This document shows positions 62,441 to 64,000 of a DNA stretch of 64,000 nucleotides, one piece after another; the first letter of the stretch is position 1; every line of letters starts with the position of its first letter. The notes beneath the pieces are model-generated. The model had not been told where the DNA came from and did no database searches. It saw nothing but the letters and a program-made list of their open reading frames with translations. Made by a program: the position numbers and the translations under genes. The stretch is taken from NCBI GenBank assembly GCA_951406725.2, contig OX597820.1, forward strand, positions 116,126,001 to 116,190,000, given 5' to 3'. Origin of the DNA: Octopus vulgaris. Lineage: Eukaryota.

Positions 62441-62912
62441 GGTGAGACGCTGAAGAAACGGGAAACCATTTCCGAGAAGCGGGGCGCACTTATCATCAGG
62501 CGGGCCGCACTATTTAAAAAAAAAAAAAATTCAAGGTAATTTTTTGTTTGGTGTGCCACACAGAAAGTCACTTGGGCCGCAATTTGCTCATTAACTGCTC
62601 TAAAATATAGCGGACACTGCTTTCATAAACCAAACAAATGAAGAATAAATTACAATTTTTGTCCACTCCCAGACTTTATTTTCCCCACAACTTCCTGAAA
62701 AATATATAATTTATATGAATTTTTCTACTAATTCGTTTCAGATGGTGTAAATTATGATAATGTCGGAATTTGATGGGAAATAAAGAAAAAAAAACAACAA
62801 AAAAAACTCGTGTGTGTGTGGAATGAGATTGGATAATTCACACATCTCGACTTTGTTTCCTCATGCGTTTTGATGATATATGTGAATTATCCGTCCCTCA
62901 CTCACTTGATCA

Positions 62913-63023
62913 ATGTATGTATGTATGTATGTATGTATGTATGTATGTATGTATGTATGTATGTATGTATGTATGTATATATATATATATATGTATGTAT
63001 GTATGTATATATATGTATGTATG

Positions 63024-63070
<47 letters not shown>

Positions 63071-63083
63071 ATATATGTATGTA

Positions 63084-63143
<60 letters not shown>

Positions 63144-63161
63144 GTATGTATATATATATAT
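62913..63161. repeat. (TATG)n/(TA)n microsatellite
   Basis: Direct reading. Confidence 0.95.
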
Positions 63162-63479
63162 CTTCACATTAAGTTCGAATAGAAAATTTTATCGATGGTA
63201 TCCATTCTTCTGAAAGTTACAAAGGAACGAAGTCGGTGGGGAAGTTATGCCGGTTAAATGAGGGTAGATGCAGGCGTACTTATTCGTCACCTGCATTAAT
63301 TTATCAGGTTATAAGGTAACTGACGAACGAATGCTTTTGCTCCGGGAAACTGGGATGTGTCTAATATGCCCGTGTCTTAGAATAACCATCAAATACAGTA
63401 GCTCTAACACTTCGATAATTTTTGTCCATTTCTCGATCCACATTTAAAAATTTTTTTTTAATAATATATAATATATTTG

Positions 63480-63840
63480 CAGATCAACTTTGCCGTTCAT
63501 CCTTTCGGGGTCGATAGAGTAAAGTACCTATTTCTTTATTACCCACAAGGGGCTAAACACAGAGGGGACAAACAAGGACAGACATAGGTATTAAGTCGAT
63601 TACATCGACCCCAGTGCGTAACTGGTATTTAATTTATCGACCCCGAAAGGAGGAAAGGCAAAGTGGACCTCGGCGGAATTCGAACTCACAAGGTAACGGC
63701 AGCCGAAATACTGCTAAGCATTTCGCCCGACGTGCTAACGATTCTGCCAGCTCGCCAAAGTACCAGATGAGCTGTAGGGTCGAGGTACTCGACTGGCTCC
63801 CTCCGCCATAATTCCACTCCGTGTGCTTATAGCAGAAAGA
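63480..63840. mobile_element. SINE family B (-, 63526-63757) nested in an older + strand family B copy
   Basis: AAAGTACC is duplicated at 63521-63528 and 63757-63764 around the reverse copy. Confidence 0.7.
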
Positions 63841-64000
63841 ATATATTCTTTACAATTCTGATGTTATTCTATCTTCTTTGCTTAGATCGTTAATGCCTTT
63901 GAGTAAGGCTTATGTCTATCCCTTAATCTGATTTCTCTTCATGCAAAGGCTTCTTATACATATCTCTTAACCAAGACATTCCGTAAAAATTCAGTGTAAA

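Noticed and set aside
60140-63213. His/Thr- and Met/Tyr/Val/Cys-rich ORFs (also the poly-Ile/His ORFs at 11.7, 17.5, 31 and 33 kb)
   Set aside because: Translations of microsatellites.
63320-63365. CTGACGA...GAAAC as a hammerhead
   Set aside because: Stems I-III do not pair.

Overview
AT-rich, repeat-dense metazoan DNA; the SINE repertoire suggests an octopus or other coleoid cephalopod (inference). Two convergent spliced genes can be assembled by hand. (1) A + strand C2H2 gene with Ikaros/Hunchback-type 4+2 zinc-finger architecture (about 14382-14850 and 17845-18789); finger 1 is broken by what looks like a 5-nt deletion. (2) A - strand gene of six phase-compatible coding exons (46357 to 29403, about 287 aa), not visible as a single ORF, resembling axonemal microtubule inner protein SAXO3. 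The rest is four SINE-like families, LINE 3' fragments (CR1/L2, RTE, R4, HERO-like), mariner/piggyBac/hAT MITEs, a tandem Helitron pair, microsatellites and a 2.5-kb 26-bp minisatellite. The most notable signal is about 13 minimal type-I hammerhead-ribozyme motifs from at least six sequence-distinct non-coding elements, mostly fold-backs with target-site duplications that look like Penelope pseudo-LTR derivatives. Their cores include canonical C3:G8, swapped G3:C8 and U3:A8 versions, and one has a 91-nt stem-II insertion. All structures were read by eye; no folding or database search was run.
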